Notes under the pieces: generated by a model
The model's database searches: none
What the model was told of the DNA's origin: nothing
Seen by the model: the letters and a program-made list of their open reading frames with translations, nothing else
Source: Octopus sinensis
Lineage: Eukaryota
Length of the DNA stretch: 64,000 bases
Direction of reading: 5' to 3'
Assembly: GCF_006345805.1 (NCBI RefSeq)
Contig: NC_043005.1
Location: 7,874,001-7,938,000 of the forward strand
Position numbers and translations under genes: made by a program
In this document: in pieces, positions 1-12,962 of the stretch
Position numbering within the stretch: position 1 is the first letter of the stretch
Layout of the letters: every line of letters starts with the position of its first letter

Positions 1-78
1 GTGCAGTCGTCTTTCCCTCAGGCTACGACATCATGGTTAATGTGCTGGTGTATCTCAGGAAACGTAGTTTTGGTCTAA

Positions 79-571
79 TATAGAGCGACAACAGTGTAAC
101 GCCGTTAGTAAGAGAGGTTGGGAAGGTGAAACGGGACAATGAAGTATAGTATCAGAATAAAATAGGGGACACTAAGCGAAGAGAAGATAAGAGGAATCAA
201 AGCACTTATGAACAAGACAGGGGTAAATGAGCAAAAGAAAGTAAAAGCTGAGGCTGTGTGAAGGGAATTTAAAGGTGAGGGGGACTTTCTGCATTGTCCC
301 AAAACTGCTTCGAGGGTTTCCCAACAGTTCATGTAATCTGTTAAAATCTAACCCTTTCACACAACCTCAGCTTTCCATTTTTTCGTTTTCATTTCTCAAT
401 TGTTACTTTCTTTTGTTCGTTTTCTCCTGTCGTGTTCATAAGTGCTTTAACTTATATTAACTTCTCTTAACTTAGCTTAGTGTCCTCTGTTTTATTCTAA
501 TACTTCACTCCTCTCATCCCTTTCACATTTCCAGCCTCTCCTACTAACAGCGTTACCATGTTGTCTCTATA
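79..571. repeat. Diverged inverted repeat (fold-back or MITE-like remnant), arms ~79-265 and ~352-571
   Basis: The left arm TATAGAGCGACAACAGTGTAACGCCGTTAGTAAGAGAGG...AAAGCACTTATGAACAAGACAGG...AAAGCTGAGGCTGTGTGAAGGG aligns by eye with the reverse complement of 352-571 (TATAGAGACAACATGGTAACGCTGTTAGTAGGAGAGG...AAAGCACTTATGAACACGACAGG...AAAGCTGAGGTTGTGTGAAAGGG), with indels. Confidence 0.75.
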
Positions 572-854
572 CTACTTCATTATTGTTACACTAGGACATG
601 AATGAGGTGACTAAGACGGTAATTATGTCTGCTCGTGACCACAAAGGCGCCTAAAACAATTTGGGAAAATATGCTGCAGGTAACCAAGCTATATTCGCTT
701 GCGCGTGATTGCTGTTTGTACTTATAATTTATAAAATAAGTATGAATTTAGTTCTGGAGTGCATGTGCAAGAAATAATAATCATTAATCTTTGAATATTT
801 CTAACATTTTCCTTTGTCAAATACTCAACTACCACTGATCCTAGCCTATAAATA

Positions 855-1085
855 CAGGGCGATTCAAAAGTCGTCATACATAGGAATAATTTATTTTTTC
901 ATAAGAAACAGTTTATAAGAAGTTTCTTTTTTTTTTTATTTAACAGGCTCTATATGGTTACCATTGTCTGAATACCCATTGCAATACGTTTACCCCACGC
1001 ATTGTAAACATCGTAATAGCATATCTGGTGATAGATGTGCAAATGAGTTCGTGATATGTTCCTTCAAATAATTTATGTCTTTTAT
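855..1085 (-). mobile_element. Tc1/mariner-superfamily 3' end fragment
   Basis: The terminus is TA|CAGGGCGATTCAAAAGT. The minus strand translates approximately as YLKEHITNSFAHLSPDMLLRCLQCVG*RIAMGIQTNGNHIEPVK* with frame adjustment, resembling the C-terminal LK..I.....L......R...CI...G.H.E motif of these transposases. Confidence 0.6.
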
Positions 1086-1151
1086 CTTTCACGATACACC
1101 ATGCCTTTCAAATGCCCCCAAAGATGGAAATCAAGAGGGTTCTATAAACTG

Positions 1152-1379
1152 TTTACTCTTACTCTTATTTACTCTTTTTACACGTTTCAGTCATTTGACT
1201 GCGGCCATGCTGGAGCACCGCCTTTAGTCGAGCAAATCGACCCCGGGACTTATTCTTTGTAAGCCCAGTACTTATTCTATCGGTCTCTATTGCCGAACCG
1301 CTAAGTGACGGGGGCGTAAACACACCAGCATTGGTTGTCAAGCAATGCTAGGGGGACAAAAACAGACACACAAACACAT

Positions 1380-1422
<43 letters not shown>

Positions 1423-1587
1423 TACGACAGGCTTCTTTCAGTTTCCGTCTACCAAATCCACTCACAAGGCATTGGTCGGCCCGGGGCTATAGGAGAAGAC
1501 ACTTGCCCAAGATGCCACGCAGTGGGACTGAACCCGGAACCATGTGGTTGGTAAGCAAGCTACTTACCACACAGCCACTCCTGCGCC
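1152..1587 (-). mobile_element. SINE family A (tRNA-derived head, internal (TA)/(CA) microsatellite, (GAGTAAAA)n-like tail), full length
   Basis: Near-identical to copies at 12963, 38492 and 46996. The sense head GGCGCAGGAGTGGCTGTGTGGTAAG...GGTTCAGTCCC has A- and B-box-like motifs. Confidence 0.9.
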
Positions 1588-2852
1588 TCCTGTTTCTTAA
1601 TAAAAAAATTAATTTTTCTTATATATGGAGACCTTTGAATCACCTGTAGATTCAGGTGATTAAATATCTCAGTATTTCAAATATGTTATTGTTAGTGCAG
1701 TTATAATTTTTCATTTAATGACGAACAAATTTTAATATCTGCTTTTACTATATGATTCTATAGTCAAAAGGTGACTAATTAATGTAAGTGGACATTATTC
1801 CGATCTGGATTTGAACTAGGAATCTGAATATCAAAAGTAAGGCAGTGAAATGGCTTACTTTCACTGTCTTACTTTCAAGACACTTTGTTAAATACCGAGT
1901 CTAGTTGTCAAACGACTGTTGTATACTTTGGTTGTTGTATAGTCTTTTGTAGACTTATTGTGCGGTCGATAATTTGATGGTTGATTTGGTGATTTATTTT
2001 ATGCTACCTTCAACGATATTATAGCTCATTTCAACGAAATTGAACTGAAGTCTGTGTTGGCTTTACTGATTAGGTTTTCCCCGTGTTCTATATGTACTTT
2101 CTCCTTAGTTCTCACATTTCTTTTTGTGTATCTTCATTGTCACCTACTCCAACGAAAGATATACTTCCAGCCATAATCGAATAGGCAGATGCGTCTATCC
2201 GACAGCACACCAACGCAGTCCAGTCAGGAGAGAAAAGAAATAATTTCGGTCTTGATCAAAATCTCTATCTGACAATGACAGATCGATATTGCTTTGGAAT
2301 GCGTATTTAGAATGAGAAAGAAATCTAAATTAATCTCCCTAATATCGTTATCAAATACAGACAGAGAGGTCTCTTGTACTCTCATAGATACATTGCTCCC
2401 TTTTGAGAAAAGAAATGCCGACCAAAACAGAAGAATAATCAAATTTCAAAATCGAAACAAATAAGCCACGAGATATGATAGTCAATGCTGTATCAATATA
2501 ATTGATTCTCTAGATGTGATAAAAATGAACAAAAACAAAAGAAATAAAAAGTAGCCGTCGACTAGGTATCACAGGGCATATCACAGTCCCCATAGGACCA
2601 TTCTGATACAATTAAAAAAGAACAATAAACTGACACTTGATACAAATGAATCATTAAGAATAGTAATTAGCAACAACCCAACCATAATGCATATTTCTCG
2701 ATGCTTCTACCTTTGCGTTCAAACATTCTCGCTGGTAAGATTAAACCTTTTAATTTGGATGGATGAACATTGGGAGGTTGTTGTAGTGTAGTTGGTAGCA
2801 CGTTTACCTGGATTGCAAATGATGCATTGTTCAATTCTGTTTGGCCTATTTT

Positions 2853-3461
2853 CTTATTTCTTATTTCTTTACTGCCCACATGGAGTTACACACAGAGGGG
2901 ACAAACAAAGGCAGATAAAGGGTTTAAGTCGATTACATAGACCCCAGTGCGTAACTGGTACTTAATTTATCGACCCCGAGAGGATGAAAGGCAAAGTCGA
3001 CCTCGGCGAAATTTGAACTGAGAACGTAACGGCAGACGAAATACCTATTTCTTTACTACCCACAAGGGGCTAAACACAGAGAAGACAAACGATGACAAAC
3101 AAACGGATTAAGTCGATTATATCGACCCCAGTGCGTAACCGGTACTTATTTAATCGACCCCGAGAGGATGAAAGGCAAGGTCGACCTCGGCGGAATTTGA
3201 ACTGAGAACGTAACGGCAGACGAAATACCTATTTCTTTACTACCCACAAGGGGCTAAACACAGAGAAGACAAACAATGTCAGACAAACGGATTAAGTCGA
3301 TTATATCGACCCCAGTGCGTAACTGGTACTTATTTAATCGACTCTGAAAGGATGAAAGGCAAAGTCGACCTCGGCGGAATTTGAACTCAGAACGTAACGG
3401 CAGACGAAATACCTCTAAGCATTTTGCTCGGCGTGATAACGTTTTTGCCAGCTTGCTGCCT
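2853..3461 (-). mobile_element. SINE family B, head-to-tail trimer (one tRNA-like head plus three ~184-bp bodies)
   Basis: Three tandem units start at ~2861, 3046 and 3230, each ending ...GTAACGGCAGACGAAATACC. GGCCTATTTTCT occurs on both flanks (2843-2854, 3479-3490). Confidence 0.9.
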
Positions 3462-4178
3462 TAACTGACCTATTTTCTGGCCTATTTTCTGCCGGAAATG
3501 TTCTAACCCAGTGTAATATATAAGCTTCCACTTTTAGCTGAATTCGTTTCGTGATACATCGTTGACAAAAATTCTATTAAATAAAACAAACTTACATACC
3601 AATGAGGATTACATAAACTAGAAATGGAGCCTCCTCATAGTGTTTTGGTCTGTTAGACCCAGCAGTTCACTCGCTATCAAATATTATTATTGACATTGAA
3701 TATAGGTAGATTGTTTTGATTATGGTCTTGTTCGATCAAGGTCGAATTGGTGCTGGACGACGATGACGGCGACAGCAACAAAAGAACCGAACAGTCTCTA
3801 AGTGGTTACAGAGTCTATTGGAAACAGCATCCAAATTTCCGTTAAATTATACTCTACTGTCTTTGAAAAGTCAGCACACATTGGATGATTTAGTACCGGG
3901 CATGATAGGCTTAAAAAACCAAAGAACAAAAAGAAAACAAGCAGGATGATTACGGGTCGAACACTTTTGAACGTAAGTCTGCTAAATCAGCGCTACCGGT
4001 GGTGGGGGTGGGAGTGTATGGGTGTTTAAGAACGTAAAACTATAGCTGCTTTTATGATGAGAATGTCGAATACGAAATACTACAAGTATAATAAAGTTCC
4101 TTCTAAAATTATAGGACTGAAAAATTCTTTAGAGAGAGAAAATACACAGTGAAGAATTACACGTTCTTCTTAATGATA

Positions 4179-4671
4179 TCTATATATATAAAACTCTAGT
4201 TGTGTGAGTGTCTGTCCCCTTCGATTTAGATTCCTAACTCCTCTCACATTTTGCGGTGCAGTTTAACCAAATTCGGGTATCTTATAGTCGTGATTCATAT
4301 CGAGCCCGTCTGACTATTAGCGCGCGTCAACGATGAGTCTACGATTTTAAAAATAATTTAACATCATTTTTTATTCCATTTTAATGCATAAAATGCATCG
4401 TGTGTCGATGGCGGCGGAGTTGGCGTCCACGCTCACAGCTGCACCTGTTTGCTTCTCCCCCTTCGCGCCCTCGTGAAGCTGTGGGGAAGGGAGTGTAAAG
4501 AAATCAACGTCGTAATGCGTTGTGAAGGAGACCAGCGTTCTTTTAGAACAACGACTTTATGGCTTGAAGACACCAAAACAAAAATGGCTAAGAAAGCCCG
4601 AATTGGCATCTAAAAATGCTTATATAGTTATTTCCCTTACAAACCCGAGCAACGCCGGGCGATACTGCTAG
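4179..4671 (+). mobile_element. Non-autonomous Helitron, copy 1 of a tandem pair, with a divergent GC-richer interior
   Basis: It has a 5' A|TC start, a subterminal hairpin CCCG-AGCAACGC-CGGG and a 3' CTAG, which are canonical Helitron termini. Confidence 0.8.
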
Positions 4672-5063
4672 TCTTTATATATAAAAGAGAAGTTGTGTGT
4701 CTGTCTCCTACGATTTAGATTCCTAACTACTTCCACATTTTGCGGTGCAGTTTAACCAAAACTGGGTATCTTATAGTCGTGATTCATATCGAGCCCTTCT
4801 GGGTATTAGCGCGTGTCTACGATGAGTCTACGATTAAAAAAAAAATGACCATCATTTTTTCCATTTTAATGCATTTTTTTCGCTATTATATAAGGGAAGT
4901 AACTCTCTAAAATGTCTACGATGAGTCAACGATTTAAAAAAAATTTACCATTTTTTTTCTAATTTTAATGCATGTTTTTGCTATTTTTTGGCTATAACTC
5001 TCTAAAAATGCTTATATGGTTATTTCCCTTACAAACCCGAGCAACGCCGGGCGATACTGCTAG
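4672..5063 (+). mobile_element. Non-autonomous Helitron, copy 2, directly abutting copy 1
   Basis: It starts TCTTTATATATAAAAG immediately after CTAG and ends CCCGAGCAACGCCGGGCGATACTGCTAG|T. Same family as 7602, 19406 and 27570. Confidence 0.85.
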
Positions 5064-5638
5064 TTAGAGATGAAACAAAAATAAAATAGACACAAAGGCT
5101 CCTTATTACAGTCATCAGTAATAGTTTACTGTAGATGTTTAGCCCCAGGTAGGCTCGAATTGAGAAAAAAGCTATGATCAACATCTCTCCATTTATGACC
5201 CGCTAGAACTATCTTGTTCAATGTGTCTGATTTTTTAAAGATGGCAAGGTGAGGTTTAAGGAAGATTTGGTTGCTATTTCTAGTAGATTGATCGTCCTCA
5301 CTGGATCGATATCAACGCTCAATATGACATTGTGACGTTTATAAGAGGCATCGCAGTTGTTGTTAACTGTCACAAGATTTCAACTTCTCACTACTACTGA
5401 CTTGACTATCATCAACGGATTGCACGTTGCCACAAACGTATGGCGTCTTAAGCATTGTCTGGGCATCGATTATATAAATAAATAAATAAATAAATAAATA
5501 AATGAAGAAATGAAGAAAGAGAGAAAGCAACGACTGATTAGGCCCTTATTATTGTTGTTATCGTATTTTCAACTGTTTGATAATTCATTTGAATATTTTA
5601 ATAATTCATTAAAAAAATAAACAATAACAACAACATCA

Positions 5639-5683
5639 ACTACTACTACTACTACTACGACGACGACGACGACGACGACGACG
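5639..5683. repeat. Compound (ACT)n-(ACG)n microsatellite
   Basis: Seen directly. Confidence 0.9.
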
Positions 5684-6312
5684 AAATCAATATAGTGTGC
5701 AACAGTTAATTTTCATGTAATTATTTCAAAATATTTTTTTTTGAAGTTATTCGTTATTTCTTTATTTTGTTTTTTTTTCCTCGTTTTATTTTTTTTCATT
5801 TTATTTTCTAGTATTTCGTTCTGAATTAATCACTCAGTTATGATGTGCAAGAATGAAAAAACAAAAAGAAAAGAGAAAGAAAAAAAAAACTGTAACAAAA
5901 CAAACCTTGCCACAAAATAAAATATAAAATAAACTCGCAATGCCATTCCTCTGAATACCCTGCTTGATTTTGAGTTTAAGGCAGACAGTATATCTCCATA
6001 AATCAATATTAATTGACTGGAAACAAAATAACACCTAGAGAAAATGACCTGGCCTCTTAAAATAATCTTTTAAGGTCAAACTATCAATGGCTATCTTCAA
6101 AGTGTATTTTCTTATCAGTTCATAGAAATTGGACAATATTTTACAACCACCGAGCCAGAATGTAATGGTGTCTTCTTGAGAGGGATAGTGGCTGGTCGTA
6201 ATGTTTCCTTCCGCATAGGCACTATGACTTCTGTTATTGTTGTTGTGTAACTCTTATTGAGTAAACACGTCACCAAAATAGTTTCAGCTGTGAGACGTAG
6301 TTTTAAATTACT

Positions 6313-6742
6313 GGATCTTTTCGGTTTGAACGGCAGTTTTTTAAAATAATTTCCACGTAAACTTCGAATACTGGTAGAATGTGTTTATAAAACATCTTTT
6401 TCTCATGGCTTTATTGAGAAAATATTCTATAGTTTGTAAGATATTTGTTGTTTTTTTCTTCAATTTCTGCAATTTCAACCAATCAATGACGTCTATTGAG
6501 GTGAAAACATTCTGTGCCGTATGAATATGTCCCTCGTTTAAGAAACAGATTGGGTTTATTTACATTTCTGAAGAAAAAAGATACCCTTCCCCCACCCCAA
6601 CCCTAACCCTAACCCTAACCTTTACCCTAACCCTAACCCTAAAACAGATTGAAATGCAATAGATCGATACTACGGTCATAATTATGGGTGACGATTTCAT
6701 ATGACACCGCTAGAAAAACTGCCGTTCAAACCGAAAAGATCC
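6313..6742. mobile_element. MITE with 28-bp perfect TIRs, 7-bp TSD and an internal telomeric (CCCTAA)n tract
   Basis: TIRs are GGATCTTTTCGGTTTGAACGGCAGTTTT and AAAACTGCCGTTCAAACCGAAAAGATCC. AATTACT flanks both sides (6306-6312, 6743-6749). (CCCTAA)3-CCTTTA-(CCCTAA)3 lies at 6601-6642. Confidence 0.85.
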
Positions 6743-7601
6743 AATTACTCAATGTATAATTCCGTTTTCTAAGACAGTAAAGTGTTGTTTGCGAGAGATT
6801 TGATTTCTGTCTTTAGCAAGTCGAACAATCATATAGGGGTTCCCTCGTGGTCTCGTCTGTAAATGTTACGTGTGTTAAATTAACATTCTACTAAAGAGAG
6901 CTTTGTATCTCATCCACTTACTGTTATGGAATATTGAGATAAAAGGATGCCACCTGCTCCTTTAAATTTTGAGAAATAAACTAAAGTTAATTATTTGGAA
7001 ATCAAGATTTTACTAAGTACTCTATTTTGTTTTATACAGAAACATGATACATGCATTTTATACACACTAACACATTTATACATAACTGGTTATGACTTTT
7101 GGAAGATTTAAACCAAAGTATAGTCACTTACACGCATCTTCATGGATATTTGCAATATCCATGATTTATTTACACGTCCAGCTTATGTGTATTTATAGAA
7201 CCTGTGATGCGGGTATGGTTTGATAGTGCAGTTGAGAATAAGAATTAACGTTTTGAAAGTAATTTTGTATATGAATATGAATTGCTTATAAATCCGTTCT
7301 TTTTAAAAATACATTTCTTGCTTCTATCTAATCTCAGTGCCACCATGATCGAGTAAATCTATGATCAAATTATTCCAGATCTTACCAATCTGTTATTTTA
7401 CGGGTATGTATGACTATCATGCCTAATGTGCCCGTTCCTATATATATAAAATGATAGGGTGTAATTGAGGGAAGATTTGGCTGTCGTTTCTTATATGTTG
7501 AGCAATTACATAGAGGTTCACTTGTTGTGTAGCTCTTTCAATGCTATAGAAGAGATGTAAAACGTAAAATTTTAATATCCATCACTGCTCTTTATACAGT
7601 A

Positions 7602-8001
7602 CTAGCAGTATCGCTCGGCGTTGCTCGGGTTTGTAAGGGAAATAACTATATAAGCATTTTTAGAAATGTAAAGTATAATAGCCATCTCAATATGGTTAAC
7701 CACAAAGCGCGGGGGTGGGGTGTTACTGTAGCTTTTTACGTTCTGAGATTTAATAAATTTTTAGAGAGTTACTTCCCTTATATATGCCAAAAATGCATTA
7801 AAAATGGGAAAAATTGATGGTAAGTTTTTTTTTAAACCGTAGACTCATCGTAGACGCGCGCTAATACCCAGAAGGGCTCGATATGAATCACGACTATAAG
7901 ATACCCGGTTTTGATTAAACTGCACCGCAAAATGTGGGAGTAGTTAGGAATCTAAATCGTAGGAGACAGACAGCACACAACCTCACTTTTATATATAAAG
8001 A
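7602..8001 (-). mobile_element. Non-autonomous Helitron
   Basis: Reverse complement of the 4672-5063 family, with CTAG at 7602 and the TC start at 8001. Confidence 0.85.
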
Positions 8002-9195
8002 TTTCCCCAGAACATTTAGAGTAAGCGTACCGTTTTCCTTGAATAATACTTGAACGAGTTATAGTTCAAATGTATAATCCGATCATAAATGAATTTTCAG
8101 TGAGAGCTAAAGCTGCTTAGTAATGTAATATATTTTGCTTAATATTGTCGAAAATTTATGTATTTCACTTGTCGTGGAGGCTTTTAAAAATCATTTAGAT
8201 ATAATTACCTATTTTTATTTGTTAGCTCATCTTGTTGAAAAGTAGGTAGGATTTGAACGTGGTAATGTTAACTCTTTTTTCTCAACATTTATAACGTAAA
8301 TAAACTGAATAAATTCCCCCCATAAGCGTGTCTTATTAACACACACACACACACATTTTCTAACTCATCATAGAGTGTATGAAGTAATTGATTCTACATA
8401 AGAAAGTATTTCTAGCCGTGAACTAAAACAATTTTGTAGTCACAACAGACCACACGCAAGTTTAACATCTGAAGAATCACAATTTCAACATAATTGGATC
8501 TCATTACCTTTGTTATAGAACAACAAACTTTCTCTCTTTCAGACTAATTATCTCTAGGATAGATTGAATATTCAGAATAACTTTTCTGGTAGTAATTAGT
8601 GTACGAGGAAAATTAAATTACATGCCATAGAACATACAAATGAATTAATTCTATATAAGAAAGTATTTCTAGCCTTGCTCTCAGTAGTATAACTGACAGA
8701 GCTTGAGTGGTTTTACTGCACTAAACCTAATGAGATTCAACTCGGTCGAAATTGCGATTGTTTGATTACGAGTCTTGCATATCTTATCTAGTTAATTTAA
8801 CCTCAAAACTGAGTTAAAACTACGAAAAAAAAAATATATACGTTTATTTAATTCATATGTTCTATAGCGTTAAATGTGTGTCTGATATAAGTTATTTTTC
8901 ATACGGTTATAATATTTCGGATCATTATCTCTATCGTTATTCATGAAAAACATTTTAATGTTTTGCATATGTGCTACGTTTCGATCTGTTAGAATCACTG
9001 ATCGTCATGGAATATCTTATCCATGGATTTCTACATAGTACCAAACTGGATTTGAATTCGAATTTTTAAACTAAGTAATGGTAGCACTCATATACCAGCT
9101 GGAAAATGGCGCATGTAGAGTAAGATAACAGTGTTGCTATTCCTATGTTTTAATATAAAAACTCTTAGTTCTTATCATGCCCAGCACTATATTGA

Positions 9196-9532
9196 GACCC
9201 CCTCCGGTCATGACTGACCGTGAGATTGCACATAGAAAGTCCCCCTCCCAGGCACAAGTCCGGGTAAGGTTTTTTTATGGAAGACCAGCAGTCGCCCATG
9301 CATACCAGCCTCCGCTCGCCACGTCACCGATGTTATCCAAGGGAAGAGCAAAGGGGCCGATACAGCTAGGCACCTGTGACGTCGCAACTCATTTCTACAG
9401 CCTAGTGAACTGGAGCAACATGAAATAAAGTGTCTTGCTCAAGAACACAACACGCAGCCCGGTTCGGGATTCGAACTCACAACCTCACGATCGTAAGCTC
9501 GACGCTCTAACCACTGAGTCATGCGCCTTCAC
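9196..9532 (-). mobile_element. SINE family D (tRNA-derived head)
   Basis: The sense head GTGAAGGCGCATGACTCAGTGGTTAGAGCGTCGAGC...GAGTTCGAATCCCG has A and B boxes. Homologous to 58421-58764. Confidence 0.85.
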
Positions 9533-10042
9533 TATATATACACTGAGCCATGCGTCAGCACAATATATACAGTCAAGAATAAGACAACTCATGACTTTCG
9601 AAAATAAAACTGATTGACTCGTTGTATAAATATAACGAATAGAATATTTTTCATCTTTGAATATGAAGTTAATTGGTTAAAAATTTTCCTCCATATGCTT
9701 TGAGTACATTTTCAATTTTTCTTAATGCCTCTAGCAAATCTACGCTTATAGCTGACTTATTATACAAATGAAAAGTCTGTATGAACTTGTATGAATGCAA
9801 CGACATGGAAATAGCGATTCTCTGATTGTTTTGGTTGGTAACAGCTGATTATTTGTGTGTTATGCCAGTAAGTTTTCGAGATATTTTCCTTTAATATAAT
9901 AGTATGTAATACGTGTGTGTGTTTGCGTATAATCACGTGTGTGTGCGTGTGGATGAATGATGAGGTAAGAATTTTTCAATATGTCTAAAAGTACGGAAAG
10001 GAAGAAACACGGATATCTTAGTAATTACGAATTGCTGTGTAG

Positions 10043-10420
10043 GGCGGTGAGCAAGCAGAACCGTTAGCACGCCGGGAGAAATGCTTCGCGGTATTTCGTC
10101 TGCCGTTACGTTCTGAGTTCAAATTCCGCCGAGGTCGACTTTGCCTTTTATACTTTCGGGATCGATTAAATAAGTACCAGTTACGCACTGGGGTCGATAT
10201 AATCGACTTAATACGTTCGTTTGTCCTTGTTTGTCCCTTCTGTGTTTATCCCCTTTTGGGCAATAAAGAAATAAGAAACTTTAGTACGCTGGGCAAAGTG
10301 TTTAGCGGCATTTCGCCCGTCTTAACCCTCTGAGTACAAATTCCGTCGAGGTCGACTCTTTCCTTCACTCCTTTTGGGGTCGATAAAATAAATACCAATG
10401 AAGCGCTCCACCGAAATTGT
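10043..10420 (+). mobile_element. SINE family B, full copy (to ~10276) followed by a decayed partial second copy
   Basis: GGCGGTGAGC...GAGTTCAAATTCCGCCGAGGTCGAC...CAATAAAGAAATA, then a diverged repeat of the 5' half. Confidence 0.85.
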
Positions 10421-10915
10421 TGACCTTGTTTCAAAATATGGAGGCATTATGGATTGCTGTGTAGAATTTATACGTGAATATGATGGGATTATATAAACCA
10501 TAGCCACCTTGTCATAAACGAAACCTTTTGCAAATTCGTTATTAATGTCACCCTCATTTCAATCGTTTCTGTTATCTAGTTTCAATGAGATATGTACTTC
10601 TTGCCAACTAATAATATTGGTATGGCACAAGACTACAAGTTTGGAATATAGTTGATTATGTCAATTTCAGCGCCTGACTGGGCTCGATATAATCCATTCT
10701 CGAATGATACAAGACATAGCAGACCTCAGTGGCACTTGAAATCGGAAGCTTAAAGGGGTGTAAACAAAGACTACAAGAGAGACTTTTTGCGATGCTCACC
10801 TGATTCTAATAATCAACATCGCAATCCATAGCAATCTGTCTATCCTTGAGTGAGTGAGAAAACCACTTCAGGCTTCGATTAAATACTTTGCTCTTTTTAG
10901 TTTCGTCCCTCTTAA

Positions 10916-11304
10916 TCTATATATATAAAGCTGAAGTTGTCTGTGTGTGGCAGGTTTGGTAGCCTTCAACTAACACTATCTCCTCCGAGATCCTGCGGCG
11001 CAAGTTGACCAAAATTGAGAGTATGATAGAAGAAGGCTTGCTCTTCCTTCCGTAGAAGAACAATTCAAATCGGATCATGTTAACACCAAAAATGATTTAC
11101 ATCAAAAAGGTGGGTTTTTTTCTATGAAAATCCCTATTTTTTACGATTTTCTGACTGCTGTGTCGCCATTTTTCGGTGTATTTCAACCAGAAAAATGTTC
11201 ACTTAAAGAGAATAACAAGCTACATAATATTAAAGTTTTACTTTTCAAAAATTCCAATTCTAAAGGGTCGAAACAAACCCGAGCAACGCCGGGCAGGCAT
11301 ATAG
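10916..11304 (+). mobile_element. Non-autonomous Helitron, related subfamily with a different interior
   Basis: It has an A|TCTATATATATAAAG start, the same CCCGAGCAACGCCGGG hairpin and a degenerate ATAG|T end. Confidence 0.7.
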
Positions 11305-12962
11305 TGGGTCATATGTAATTTACAACATTCTTAACTCCATGCTTCGAGCCTTGTGGTAATTTATTAATCTATTATTATCCCACGTGTGTTGATGGACATC
11401 GTAGGGAAAAAAAGTAAAGTTTCAGATTGGTCGAGATCACAAACTGCTTTTTCATTTCTCAATTAATAAAATTCCACTTTTCTTTTGCTATTAATGTGCT
11501 TCAGAATGTGATAAATATCATATCCCCTGATCCTGTTTTATTTTAAAATAAACGGTCCTTCCACTTTGTCGAAATGGAAGCTATTTCATTTAAAGAATGA
11601 ATTAGCTTCCATTTCAACATTTAAAGAACCTATCATGTTGTCATGTATTATCTTATTTACCTGAGTTGTTGTCATTATTTTATCATAAATCACCAACAGG
11701 AGCAACGTGTGGGTGATCTCTGTTTAGAAATGTATATTGTCCATAATGCCCTTTCTTTTTTCGAGACGGTAGGGCGTGACCTGATGTATGCCTGGACTTT
11801 CTTTTGAATCACAATAGATCAAATTTTGAAATGTTTATTCCTATAACAAGCTTAAGCATGATCACCGATTATTAATCAGATCAGGTATCAAAGTATATAA
11901 CTGGAACACCTACCGATTTTACTCACTCGCAAATACGCACTCTCCATACATTGAAATCCAAAAACAGTCATCTTTAATAATACACATATCTATACAGTCA
12001 TACATTGAACATTAGTTGACTGATTGTTGTTTTAATTTACTTTTTGACGTACGCATGCGTGGAAAATGTTGCCATCTCACTAAATGTTACTGAGACGATA
12101 AATCATACACGCCAGATTCCATTCCCTCTGTGTGTCACTTTACACAACAAGGTTTCAACTTCGTTTTCGTCGATGTATCTACGTAACAAGACCAAAAACT
12201 GTGTCAGTGTAACGGCAAGCTACAAAGAACTCTTTTTCTCTCTCTTTCCCTTACACACACACACACACAGACACACAGACACACATACGCAGAACAGACA
12301 GACACACACATACACACGGCATTACAGAAGTGGGTTACTGCGAGAGCAAGCCCACAAACGATACCCCATGCATCGATAGAGAACGATATTTTATTTATCA
12401 CCTGTTATAATCTGATATATTTTCATTAATTAAATCTGAAGGAAGCAGCGTTACTAAGGAAACTATAAACGCATTAGTTGTGTTGATCTTAGCCGCGAGG
12501 TTGAAATAGGCACGTACACACGCGCGCGCGCATGTATTCACGCACGCTAGGTTACTATGACGTTTAATGCATTGGAGCAATTTAAGTATTACTGTATATG
12601 TGTTCGAACAAGAGCGAACTGGCAGAGGGTTGGACAAAAAGTCTTGCGATGTTTATGGATGTCACTTTATGAGCCGAGTTCAGATTGTACCGGGAGTATC
12701 TTTGCCTCCCATCCTTCTGAGTTCGATAAAATAAATATGAATCAAGTGCTGTGGTAGATATAATTGATTGATCCCTCATTTCAAATGTTTGATAATGTAC
12801 ACATGCTAGAAAGTGATACTCGTGAAAGCCGCTGCAGAGGTATTGAAGTCGCATCCCATTTCGCGGTTCTTGGTTGAGACCCTTTTGCTTCCTTTATGTC
12901 ACGAAAGCCCTTAAGAATGACATATAATATGTAGGGTTTCCCTTCCATCCCATATTTTTTTT

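Noticed and set aside
2853-3461. Regularly spaced ~184-bp repeats as a CRISPR-like array
   Set aside because: The units are whole SINE bodies with no unique spacers, and the context is eukaryotic with no cas genes.
8966-9010. Hammerhead-like word on the minus strand (CATGACGATC...GATCGAAACGTA)
   Set aside because: The core is broken (ATGACGA instead of CTGANGA) and no stem I can form. At most a decayed pLTR remnant.
12515-12550. CACGCGCGCGCGCATG as a Z-DNA or NRF1-type promoter element
   Set aside because: It is short, isolated and consistent with a (CA)/(CG) microsatellite variant, with no supporting promoter features.
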